This document shows positions 50,061-61,231 of a stretch of 64,000 nt of DNA, in pieces (within the stretch, counting starts at the first letter, position 1; every line of letters begins with the position of its first letter). Below the pieces are notes generated by a model that was not told the DNA's origin, searched no databases, and was given only the letters and a program-made list of their open reading frames with translations. Location of the stretch: the NCBI GenBank assembly GCA_964016885.1, contig OZ024745.1:104966001-105030000 (forward strand), in the 5' to 3' direction. A program made the translations under genes and the position numbers. The stretch is from Eledone cirrhosa. Taxonomy: Eukaryota.

Positions 50061-52397
50061 ACGAGGGTGGGCTGGGTTGACATAACATACATATTCAGAG
50101 GAGCTAATATAATATTAGGTATGTATTTAATGAATTTATTCATTATTTATATTTTTTTTATTTATAAATATAATTATTTTTTACCTGTTTTTTTTTTGTT
50201 GGCAATCCAGATTAGATTAAAACCAAATGAAATACAATGACAGCTGAGATAAAAAATAGTAGGCCCCCTGTTTAGAATATTCTGTAGAATTCTGTAGCAT
50301 GAATGCAAAACTCATTTACAGACACAGATCCCAGATACATCTCTCTCTCCCTCTGTATATATATATATATATATATATAATAGATATATAGATAGATAGT
50401 GGCAAATGAGGAAAATCTTTGGTACAATAAGATATATTTGATAAAAGAGAAGAATGACTTCACTACTGGTTGGTATGGCTTAATAGCATTGGATTATTAA
50501 AGCATACTAACCACCAGTGAAGCCATTCTTCTCTTTTGTTATACACACACAATCACACATACACACACACATAGATGCCCATATACCAACACATATGTAT
50601 ATACGCATAGCCCATGATATCCATGGTGGACACATTAAAACATGCACTCATGCATGTGCATACTTACATGTAAACATTAACATTCAAACAGAAGACATTC
50701 AGATATATACACATTCACACATATGCATTAACCAGAATTTCTTGGTCATCTTAAGCCTGGCAGAGCCCATTGCTCTCCAGGCCTGAGTACAGCAGATTTC
50801 CTCCAGAAAGAAGAAGACTCAACCTTTTTTATCAACCTCGAAAGGATGAAAGGCATAGTTGACCTTGGTGGGATTTGAACTCAGAGAGCAATGAGCCATA
50901 ACAAATACCATAAAGCATTCTATCAGACATTCTAATGATTCTGCCAATTCACCGTCATATGTGGAATACTCAATCATTTAGACTATAATCCAATGAGTAA
51001 ACAGCCTTGTTTGTTGAACAACAGGAACGTTCTTCGTCAAAACCAACAGAACTATCCATTTACATTTTTTTTTATTGGGATGCTACAGTATTTGTGAATT
51101 TTATCTTCCCTGAACTGGTAGGTTAATTTGACTTAAACTGGTTCTCATTCAGAATTATAAGCTACTAACCATTTTGTCAATAATACCCTCTGAGCTGTTA
51201 TTCTTTATATCTAGTCTGGTTTTATCTTGGGATTATCTTTCTGACTATGACTATTTCATCTAAAGTGGGCATGGTGACCTTGAAGTTAAGATTCGAGACA
51301 TTAGCTGCTTGCAAATAATATGATTGAGAAAAGATTTAGCTGCTGTTATGGTAGACTGAACAAATTACTCTGCCTTATTCTCTCATCTTACCTCTAGCTG
51401 TTGACACTGCAAGTGACATAACAAATGGTTACAGTGTAAACGGGAAGAAATGTGTTGTTACATTAGATATAACAGCCAATTATAGAACAGAATGCTACAA
51501 GAATGGCATGGAATTGTATTCCTGATGTCATTATCTATGTTATAGCTGAAATTCCTTGATATTGAACATATCCTTTCCAAATAGGTATGACTGGATGTTT
51601 TATGGGAAGATAATTTTCCACTGGAGAATGAAGTGATGATATTGTGTATGAACTCAATTGAAACTTCCTATTGTAATATTTCTGAACTGAAATAACCAGA
51701 TGAGATAAATTTAGATAGACATGATTCTTTGATACATACTTACATTCATATGTAAATGCATACATACATAATGTACAGTAGAGCACATATGCACACATCT
51801 ATTCACACAAATGTGATTATGTGTGTATTTACACATACACACACACACATATATATATACATACATCTACTGTCTAACCCATGCTAGCATGGAAGATGGG
51901 CATTAAACGATGATGATGATGAGGATGATACATACATATATATACATATATGCATATGACCTTGCACAACTGAACCTCTCAATGACAATCACACAGGATC
52001 AAGATCTTTGGCATTACGGAGTAATACAGAAGACATGCCTTCCCATGCACACAAACTCAAGCATACACCGAGTAGGCAGCTCTTAACTGCTATAGCCCCA
52101 CCCATCCACTCCTGGTCATACCACCCTTACGCTGTGAAGTGGTCGTGTAGGTGTCGCAGGAAAAAGCACCCAGACCACACTGTAAAGTTGTAATGTAGGA
52201 GTCATGATTAAAAGCACTCAGCACACACTGTAAATGTGGTTGGCATTAGGAAGGGCATCCAGCTGTAGAAACCTAGCCAGAAACAATCCTATATGAGTAA
52301 GACATGGTCACCTGACCTAACTTACCTCAAATGGGACGACCCGTCTAACACATGCTAGCGTAGAAAATGGACATTAAACGATGATATATATATATAT

Positions 52398-52731
52398 ATC
52401 ATCATCATCATTTTATGTCTGCTTTTTCCCTGCCTGCAAGGGTGGGACGGGAACTGATTCTGGCTTGATTTCTACAGCCCCATGCCCTTCCTAACACCAA
52501 CCTCATTTACAGTAAGTGGTGGCTGCTTTTTTGCCGTGGCACCTCCATGACCACTTTGCAGTAGAATGATATGGATCCCAGTCCCTATCATCTCATTTCT
52601 ACAGCTGAGTAAACTGGAGCAATGTGAAATAAAGTGTCTTGCTCAAGGAAACAACACATCACTCGGTGTGAGAATTGATCTCACAACCTTTCGATTGCAA
52701 GACCAATGCTCTAACCACTAAGACATGTGCC

Positions 52732-52732
<1 letters not shown>
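52398..52732 (-). mobile_element. SINE family A, tail-to-tail with a + strand RTE-tail repeat at 52200-52385
   Basis: Same structure as 5381-5721. Confidence 0.88.
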
Positions 52733-52762
<30 letters not shown>

Positions 52763-52776
52763 ACACACACACACAC

Positions 52777-54392
52777 GTGGAAAAGTACGTTTCGCCCAGT
52801 TGGGCTTGTCAAGGGCATAAATAGCCAAAAGTGTTCCTTACATTGCTCGGAAAGAGTTTTTGGGGTTAAGTTCACGTCAAGATTCATTCTTCGCAAAAAA
52901 AGCGTGTTTTGATTTTGCAGTAGGTCAAGGGAGGTAACTCTGGTCGATGTTAGGGCAGTCTTTCCTGGACAATTTTTTTATCCATTAAAAGATGTGGTTA
53001 CAACCTTACCATTGTCGATACGCACAGGGTCATGTAATCAACGCTTATTTTGAGACGTTTGTTTTTCCGCACCTGCTTGCCTGGGTCATTTAAGGCTGGG
53101 TCTGGGATGAATGGTTAGTTTTCGGGGTGTTTTTGTGCAGTGCCTGCCCGCCGGGGTGTTAAAGCTTGTTGCAGGGAGACCCGGTGCATGGTTTCACTCC
53201 TCATCCTTAACCCATCTGAAGAAGGATATTTTTAAGCGATGTGTACAACTTATCGTCATTTCAGCTCTGCTGTTGATGAGCTCGTGGGGTGCAGTTATGA
53301 TGTGGTAGAGCTCCATGAGGCAAAGATCGCACTTCCTCTTGAAGTTGTACAGTGCAGCCCTGCCAACAATATCCCAGTACGTGGAGAAGCTGATGTTTAA
53401 GTCTTTTAATGATGTGATGTAGTCTGCGAGCGAAGTGGAGTGTCTTAATTTCTTATTTGTGAAAGAGTGGAGATGTGTTTGAAACCTAATTTTGAACGGG
53501 CTGGAAGTAGCCCCTATATAATGTTTAACGCTATTGTGGCAAGTTACAGTACACCTATATATAACCCTATCAATCAAGCAGTATCCTCTAAGGGGGCAGC
53601 GTCCCCTGTCACGGCAGTTGCAATTTATGTCGCGGTTCCATCCATTTCCCACGGTAAGGCTATCATTGTTGCTGCCTACGTTGTTATCTACGCTCCCGCA
53701 GCTGTCATTAGCACCATTACAACCCAAAGTGCGTGGGGTGGTACGATTATTATTCCGCATGTCATGTCCTGCATGTTCCCCAGTCATGTCGCGGTTATGC
53801 TGGTTGCATCTGTGGAGGCCATTGCCAGCACTATTGAATGCGGCTAGGGAGTTGTTAAGGCCAATATAGTTATTGTCAGGTGTAGGTGCGCCTGTGCTAA
53901 GGTGCTGTGTCTTGATGATCTTACTGTGGTTCATTGTTCCTATGATGTCTGCTAGGTTAGGAGTAGTAGAGAAGGATATTTTTATATTGTTCCTATTAAG
54001 AATGTATCTATACCTATGGTTGGGCAGGAAGTTCTTCTCTAAGGCTTCGAAGAATATCTGGAGTATGTTGGCGGCCACACTCCAGGAGTAGAGGGGGTGG
54101 AACCATAGGACGTTACGGTGGCGATTACGTGTCCTTGTACGTTTGCTACGGGTGGTTCCATCAAGGTGACCGTTCTTATGTATGTTAATGCGCTGTAGCC
54201 CGTTAGGTGCCCCTTTCACTTTATGCTCGGGTGCACTCTTCTTCCTTCTTCCATGTTTATGTACAGGAAGATGTTGGTTGGAAGGCGTTGGTAGTAGGCC
54301 GTTGCCTTTGTTGATTTTATAGTAGAGGAATAATTCGAGTAAGCTACAGTGGTCACTGTCACCGGGGTCGTGATCTTTATTGCGTGGTAAGT
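52777..54392 (-). mobile_element. Penelope-like element 3' part, Naiad-type GIY-YIG endonuclease ORF (53194-54392) plus 3' UTR
   Basis: RNVLWFHPLYS..ILNRNNIKISFS, CNCRDRGRCPLRGYCL, VIY..YIG..FKIRFQTH..SF, TSLA, W.I, CDLCLMEL and LINSRAE..CTH. Frame is uninterrupted for about 400 codons; RT not visible. Confidence 0.9.
52786..52818 (-). ncRNA. Minimal hammerhead-ribozyme motif (U3-A8 variant) lacking the 3' strand of stem I
   Basis: Minus strand ATGCCC-TTGACAA-GCCC-AACT-GGGC-GAAA-CG-TA, with a perfect 4-bp stem II. Confidence 0.75.
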
Positions 54393-55267
54393 TCATCATC
54401 ACATCATCATCATCATCCTCGTTTAACATCAATCTTCCACGCTTGCATGGGTTTGGACGGGAGTTTTCCCACTTGAGGCAATATTGGTTGTCCTGCTCGT
54501 ATAGGACTGTCTGGCGGGTTTTCTACGGCTGGATGCGCTTCCTAACACCAACCACGTTTACAGTGTGGACTGGGAGGTTTTTACCGTGTTACCTACACGG
54601 CCACATTACAGCGTGGACTGTGTGTTTTTTTTGTCGTGACACCTACACGTCTGGCGGGTTTTCTACGGCTGGATGCCCTTCCTAACACCAACCACGTTTA
54701 CAGTGTAGACTGGGAGGTTTTTACCGTGTTACCTACACGGCCACATTACAGCGTGGACTGTGTGTTTTTTTTGTCGTGACACCTACACGTCTGGCGGGTT
54801 TTCTACGGCTGGATGCCCTTCCTAACACCAACCACGTTTACAGTGTGGACTGGGAGGTTTTTACCGTGTTACCTACACGGCCACATTACAGCGTGGACTG
54901 TGTGTTTTTTTTGTCGTGACACCTACACGACCTCATTTGTTTCGGACTGGATGTTGTGGTACCAACATAACTTTACATAGAAAGGGCTGGTGTGGATGAG
55001 GTGGGGGTAGTGGGACGGGGGTGTGTTTTTGTTAGAGGTGCCTACTGACTAGGTTTCGCTTTGTACTTAGGCAAGGCGGGTCTTCTGTATTACTGCGTAG
55101 CGCCAAAGATCTCGGTCCAGTGACATTGTCTTGGAGAGGTGTAAGTGTGTGAGGTCAGAATTTATCAAGTCGTCCCAGGTTTTTCTGGGTCTGCCTACTC
55201 CGTGGCTACCGTCTATTTTTATCGCCCTGCACTTTTTTATACAGCTGTTGTCTTTCATGCGCATCAT
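54393..55267 (-). mobile_element. RTE LINE 3' end whose UTR carries a 140-bp unit triplicated (54509-54929)
   Basis: GRPRKTWDDLINSDL..DRDLWRYAV ORF end; units start at 54509, 54649 and 54789; (GAT)n tail abuts the Penelope ORF. Confidence 0.9.
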
Positions 55268-56142
55268 ATATATATATATGGTAGTTGTCTCTCAGTGTGT
55301 GAGTGCCTTGTATTCAGAAATTAGAAAACAAACATCCACAAAACATATATTTATTGTTTCCCACCTTACTGGACAGGTCCTGGTAACATTTATTTTAATA
55401 TATTAAACAATAATTTAAATTCAGTTCTTTTATTTTTCTATATTCATATTAAAAAAATCACAATATTTTGTTTTGAAATTGTCTCTCTTTCTTCATTCTA
55501 TAGAAAAAGAGAGGATGAGAGAGTGGGAGAGAGGGAGAATCAGGATAGAAAATAAAGGAGAGTGAAAAAAGAGAAAAAAGATGCTGCATATTAGAATATG
55601 AGAGTGGAAAACTTAAAGAACACAGAAGGAGTGAGATAGATAGAGAGAGAGTGAGAGTGAGAAAGAGTGAGTGAAAGTGTGAGAGACAGAAAGAGAGAGA
55701 GAAAGAGTGAGAAATAGAGATAGAGAGAGAAAGTGTGAGAGAAAGCGTGAGAGAGAGATAAACAAAGAAGGGTATACATGGTCACTAACATGAAATACAC
55801 ACACATGCAAATGACCTGAGGATAAAACTGGAGGACGAGATGAAACATAACAACAAAGTGAAAGAGAGAGACGAAAGTTGAATTGAAATTTAAAAGAGTA
55901 AGGAAAAATCTGTGAGACAGTGAGGTGGGGAGGGGGGCTGCAGCGTTCTTTGATCGCAATGTTTACAATGGAAGTGTGTGTATGTGTGTGTGCAATTATG
56001 TTTATATTTCCAAACACATGCATTCATATATATACTTTATATATATATATATATATATAGGAGGTGAGTTTTATTGTAGCACAATAAAGCAATGCAAATA
56101 TCGGATAAGTAGCACTCTACAGTTTGTAGGACTGGAGTATAA

Positions 56143-56701
56143 ATAATATAAGATCAAAAGATGGTTAAAAGAGTTCCAAGTATTTTATTATGCGCATTTC
56201 ATCATCATCATCATTTTACGTCCACTTTTCCCTGCTTGCAAGGGTGCGACTGGAACTGATTGTGGCTTGATTTCTACAGCTGGATGCCCTTCCTAACACC
56301 AACCTCATTTACAGTGAGTGCTGGGTGCTTTCTTGCCATAGCACCTCCACGACCACTTTGAAGTGGAATGATAGGGACCTCAGTCCCTATCATCTCATTT
56401 CTACAGCTGAGTAAACTGGAGCAATGTGAAATAAAGTGTCTTGCTCAAGGAAACAACACATCACCTGGTCTGAGAATTGAACTCACAACCTTTCGATTGT
56501 AAGGCCAATGCTCTAACCACTAAGCCATATCATCCTGGGATGATATCTGCATTTTCATCAGATAAAATAGGGATACATGATATGAAGCTTAAAAAAACAT
56601 CTGATGAAAACGCAGATATCATTCCAGGATGATATTTGTTTTTGAAATGCACATAATAAAATACTTGGAACTCTTTTAACCATCTTTTGATCTTATATTA
56701 T
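56143..56701. repeat. Inverted repeat carrying hammerhead motifs; left arm split by SINE family A (56201-56528)
   Basis: 56143-56200 plus 56527-56563 is the reverse complement of 56599-56701. Confidence 0.88.
56601..56663 (+). ncRNA. Hammerhead-ribozyme motif with long stem II; stem I 5' strand mostly missing
   Basis: CTGATGA-AAACGCAGATATCATT-CCAG-GATGATATTTGTTTTT-GAAA-T-GCAC-ATA-ATAAAATA. Confidence 0.65.
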
Positions 56702-56802
56702 ATATATATATGTATGTAAAAGGTAAACAGAAATAACTATACAATCGGTACAGTATATGGAAGGGATATACTAGGTTAACGCTTGATATAGCAGGAAGAA
56801 GG

Positions 56803-56838
56803 TCTTAACGTTTCAGATCCTAGTCCTTCATCAGAAGA
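56803..56838 (-). ncRNA. Minimal hammerhead-ribozyme motif
   Basis: Minus strand TCTT-CTGATGA-AGGACTAGGATCT-GAAA-CG-TT-AAGA; stem I TCTT/AAGA; palindromic AACGTT at stem III. Confidence 0.7.
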
Positions 56839-57150
56839 AAGAATGAGAAATAAGATAGATTAAGGAGACAGGCTGGTTGAAATTGGAAAAAATGTCTTTT
56901 GATAAAAATAACAGGTCCATTCATGTTCACATCTCTTGATCATTTCCCCCCATTCTTCATCTTATCACTCTTTACTTTTTATTTATCTTCTATTTCTAAC
57001 TCTATCTTCTAGTGTCCAAAATATTAAGACTCATTTCCTGCTATTTGAAACATTAAACTAAGGTTTTTTAATATGTCCACCATGGGCAAAAATATAGGAA
57101 AAAGTCGAAAATACAATTAGTCTTTCAGAAGGTTTATTTACAATAATTTA

Positions 57151-57192
57151 TGACTTTACCGGTTTCACAAGTTACGTGATTTTCAAAAATCA
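57151..57192 (-). ncRNA. Minimal hammerhead-ribozyme motif (U3-A8 variant)
   Basis: Minus strand TGATTT-TTGAAAA-TCACGTAACTTGT-GAAA-CCGG-TA-AAGTCA; 6-bp stem I with one GU pair; palindromic ACCGGT. Confidence 0.7.
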
Positions 57193-57324
57193 AGAGAAAT
57201 GGAGAAATGTGTTTCTATGCTGACTTGTATCTTACATCTAAATGATGTTGGGGATTTCTTTCGGTTTTTATACAAAAGAAATGTGACTCAGATTGCTATA
57301 CATTTTAAGTACAATAAATTAATA

Positions 57325-57680
57325 ATGATTTCTGGTATAGGCACAAGGTCAGTAATTTAGGGGAGGGGAAAGTCGATTAAATCGACCCCAGTACGTTACT
57401 GCTGCTTTATTTTATTTTATCAACCCCGTAAGGATGAAAGGCGAAGTTAACCTTGGCGGGATTTGAACTCAGACCATAAAGGGCCATAACTCTGCTGCAA
57501 AGCATGGTGTCTGACGCTCTACCGATACTGCCAAACCACCATCACCATCATAATGATGGCTATAATAATAATTGTTTCTTCGTTAGGCACAAGGCCAGCA
57601 ATTACCTCAGTGCATTACTGGTACTTTATTTTATTGACCCCGTAAGGATGAAAGGCAAAGCTAACCTCGGTGGGATTTTA
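57325..57680 (-). mobile_element. Two SINE family B copies (one full, one 5'-truncated)
   Basis: Family B central domain and tail twice; A and B boxes in the first copy. Confidence 0.85.
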
Positions 57681-58117
57681 TAACAATTATAATAATAATA
57701 ATCATTACTATTACCATCAACATCACCATCATAATGATGGCTATAATAATAATAATGATGATGAACAAAAACTGTGTGCGTTAGGTTGTTATGATTCAGT
57801 AAGTAGCCAAGTGCACAAATAAATATATTCTCTTTTATTTATTCTTGTGTATGTCCAGTGACAGATTTAGGACAAATGAGACCTTGTGCTAGTCAAGTTA
57901 TGAGGTCTCTTACTTGGGCCCTGAAGGAGGTAAGACATTTTTGGGGCAGGAAGATAGGCCCCCCCCCTCCCTGGCCAACGAGGCCCTGTGCTTAAGCACA
58001 ATGGTAAACCCAGCACTATGTGTGTGTTTAGCAATAGCGATTTCTTCCCTTCTCTGTACGGGCACATAGGGTCATGTGGTAACATTATAATAATGGCAAC
58101 AACAATAGCAATAATAA

Positions 58118-58601
58118 TCTAAACTATAATAAAGTAAGGAGTGCGGGACTGCGTCCAGAATATATTGTTTTATCCCGTTTGTAAAATAAGTTGGATTATT
58201 TTGAATAAATAATGAATGAATATTACATAATATGTTTACTAAATTTCGTTATTCTTAATTAAATATAAATAATTTTGTTATTTTAAGATTCACATCTTTA
58301 AAATTTTCAAATGTCAACACTTCCGGTTAGCGATCGCTTAAATAAACATTCATATATTTCTGTCACTAATTTTCTCCTAATGCAGTTTATATATAATATC
58401 ATCTTTTTCTAATGTATCATGGATTACGTTACTGATTACACAAGTGAGTGTAACGCAGTCTTCATTCAGTTTCTGTGTATATTGTCAATTACGACTTTAT
58501 TTGATGTATCATATCTACAAGCATATATACTTGCGTATAATATCAATATGCACACTACAAATGCTAGCAGAAAACCACGGGTAGGGTGGTTTTTATGCTA
58601 G
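58118..58601 (+). mobile_element. Non-autonomous Helitron, 484 bp
   Basis: 5' TC (TCTAAACTATAATAAAG); 3' hairpin AAAACCAC-GGGTAGG-GTGGTTTT followed by CTAG; sits between host A (58117) and T (58602) with no TSD. Confidence 0.72.
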
Positions 58602-60773
58602 TGATGATAATAATTCTATAAGCAAGGTGAAGAATGTTATGTGTACCTGTGTGTAGGTGGTCCGAGTCTATTCATACCTGGTTTGTATTTTTGAATAAAT
58701 ATATTTTTCTTATTTATTCGTGTTAGTTCTGTGGCATTATCTGGGCAATGATATAATGGAAAAACTTGGCATTTGGGGATTTGTTCGTTACACACAAATC
58801 TAAATGCTCCCTAAGTGGTATCTGTCTTCCAGCATGGGTTAGATGGGTTGTCCTATTGTGAGACAAATCAGATCAGATGACTGTGTCTTGCTCATACAGA
58901 ACCATTTCTGACTTGGTTTCTACAGCTAGATGCCCTTCATAATGCCAACCACATTAACAGTCTCAAGGTTATTATCATTGATGCTGTATGTTTTTGTTGG
59001 AATGTCGTGGCAGTAGTTCATTTGGATCTCTTTTAGCCACACTGCATCTTGGTTGAATTTCTTCTCCCCACCTCATCTTTCTAGGATGGGGAATCAGTTA
59101 TATTCATTACTTTGCCCATCATATCTCTATAGACTGATGTTTGGTTTCAGCTGAATCTTTTATTCATTATTTTTCTTTCAGCCACACTCTTCTGGTATCG
59201 AAATTTCTCGCTGACAGCTCTCAATTCTTGTTTGAAAGTGATCAGCTGTTTCTATTTTATTTTTCACTCTTTATTGGTGAGGAGTGTAGTTTTTTTTTTT
59301 CAGTTTTTTTTTTGTCTGTAGAGAGCATTGTCACATATCCTATAATTTTCCGTAGGTCAGCAACCTATTTTTCTGTTTTTGTAATATATGATGGTATTTT
59401 TTGTAGTGTTTTTTTTTTTTTAACATCTCTGTTATCACGAAGATTATGTTTCACTGTTGTTGCTAGAGCATATAAACAGCTGTTGATTTGCCAAAATGTA
59501 GGGGCTTTAATTCACCATAAACATTTACTCCCAATTTCATCAATAACATGCAAAATTTCATTAAGTTGATTTCTTTTTGCTTAGTATTGTTGTTTTACAT
59601 CATTCCATGAGAGAAATGTTTACACATGAATTAATTTCTCTGGAAAGTTTCACTGAGGGTATATTTCAATTGTTTATACTCTTCATTTTCCCAGCTAATG
59701 GCAGATATATTATTAATGACAGTGTTTTCCATAACAGTCCAGGTAGAATCAACTGATACATGTGGTGTCAAATTTTTTACTGGCATAGTTGTTTCAAGGG
59801 GCTGTTTGTGTATTGCTATTGTTTGTCGATGTTCAGCCTGGCTGCTAGAATGTCTAGTAACATGGTGACCTGTAGCAAGTGTTGTTGATCGCATGTTCAA
59901 TCTGGAGGCCTTACAGTGAATAATGTTCATGTTATTTTTACATTGAACAAATGTTGTTTGCTGGCGTAATTTTTGGCTTTGAAGTGATTTAATTCTGGAT
60001 GTAATTTGTCCCACGATAGCTTTATTCTGTTCATATAGCCAATGGAGGGATCTTGTTTTGCCATTTTATAATAATTAAATAAATTGTTATTAAGTTCGTA
60101 ACTCCAAGAAAAATACGATTTATAATTTAGGTTCCATCTGTAGCTACAACTAAAGAAATTTTATTTACATTTCTCTTTATTTTCTTCGGTTCTCCACTAA
60201 TGTTGTAAATTGAATTTAATATTTAGTCAGATATCTACAAATTTGAATAAAAGGTGTCTTTAGTGAGTATAAGTAGAAGAATATCTAGTTACTCAACACA
60301 ACTGGTATTAGTGGCATTAATGACCGAGATAGTATTCATCTTAAATTTAATTAATAGACTCCCACGCCAATATGTGCAACTAGTCATATAATATCTGCAG
60401 TTATATTGAGGCAGCATCTTTAAGAGTTTTGGTGATCATGTAGATTCCAATAATTATTTCAATTTACTTATTTTATCAATCTCTGTCTGCTGAAAGGGTA
60501 CATTTGAGGATATTAGTAAGAAAATAAATATGAATACAAACACAGAAGGAAACACACACACATATACTCAAACATGTACATGTACACACACATACACTGA
60601 ATATAAATGTTATGTTTCAAATAATATATTTACACAGAATTTCCATTATTCTTTATCAAGAAATTGTCCAATGACTGCATCATCTCTTTCCTGAACAATG
60701 TTGTGTATTACTGCTTTTGTGTGATAAACTTGAAATATTTAAATAAGCCTATAAGTATGAATGCCAGCTTTCT

Positions 60774-60993
60774 TTAACCCTTTAGCATTTACATTACTCT
60801 ATATTTACTATTATATTTTCATGTAAGGCTTTACCTTACATAATTATCTCACATAATATCAAATGTATGAGGTTTCGATATTATTTATTTTGAGAACATT
60901 ACCTTAATGTTGGTATGGGTGGCTGGTTACAGCCGCTTTGAACAGAAAGGGGTGAGAGAATTCTGGCCAGATATGGCCGGTTTAAATGTTAAA
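60774..60993. mobile_element. piggyBac-type MITE ending about 55 nt upstream of exon E
   Basis: TTAA-CCCTTTAGCATTTACATTACTCT start; homologous to 40959-41165. Confidence 0.8.
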
Positions 60994-61049
60994 TTTAATC
61001 TACTTTATTAGATTGGACTCTGGACTAAATGTGACTGTCTTTGTTTTAG

Positions 61050-61231
61050 GTTAACCACTCTCCAAGCTTCAATGTTGATTCTGCTCTTGATAAAGAGATA
61101 AAAAGCACTCTTGTTGGTGATACTCTGGCTCTTTTAAACTTTGGTGCTTCAAACCGACGGAAATGTACAGAGGAAGAAAGGAGACGAGTCAAAGATCGAC
61201 TTCTTGGCCGTAGTGTTAAGAAAGAAACCAA
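61050..61231 (+). CDS. TTLL6: TTLL6/TTLL13-like internal exon E (182 nt, phase 0-2); not in the ORF track
   Basis: gttttag acceptor. Encodes VNHSPSFNVDSALDKEIKSTLVGDTLALLNFGASNRRKCTEEERRRVKDRLLGRSVKKET(K), completing the E-VNHSPS motif with exon D. The gtattt donor is weaker, so the 3' boundary is less certain. Confidence 0.92.

Noticed and set aside
49544-50143. 199-aa Asn/Thr-rich ORF
   Set aside because: Translation of an (AAC)n tract running into a SINE
52820-53196. Selenoprotein/SECIS feature reported for some Naiad elements
   Set aside because: No internal in-frame TGA in the visible ORF and no convincing SECIS by eye; a SECIS search tool would be needed to exclude it fully
59631-60014. 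127-aa minus-strand ORF
   Set aside because: No recognisable domain or splice context; possibly decayed TE sequence, but unsupported
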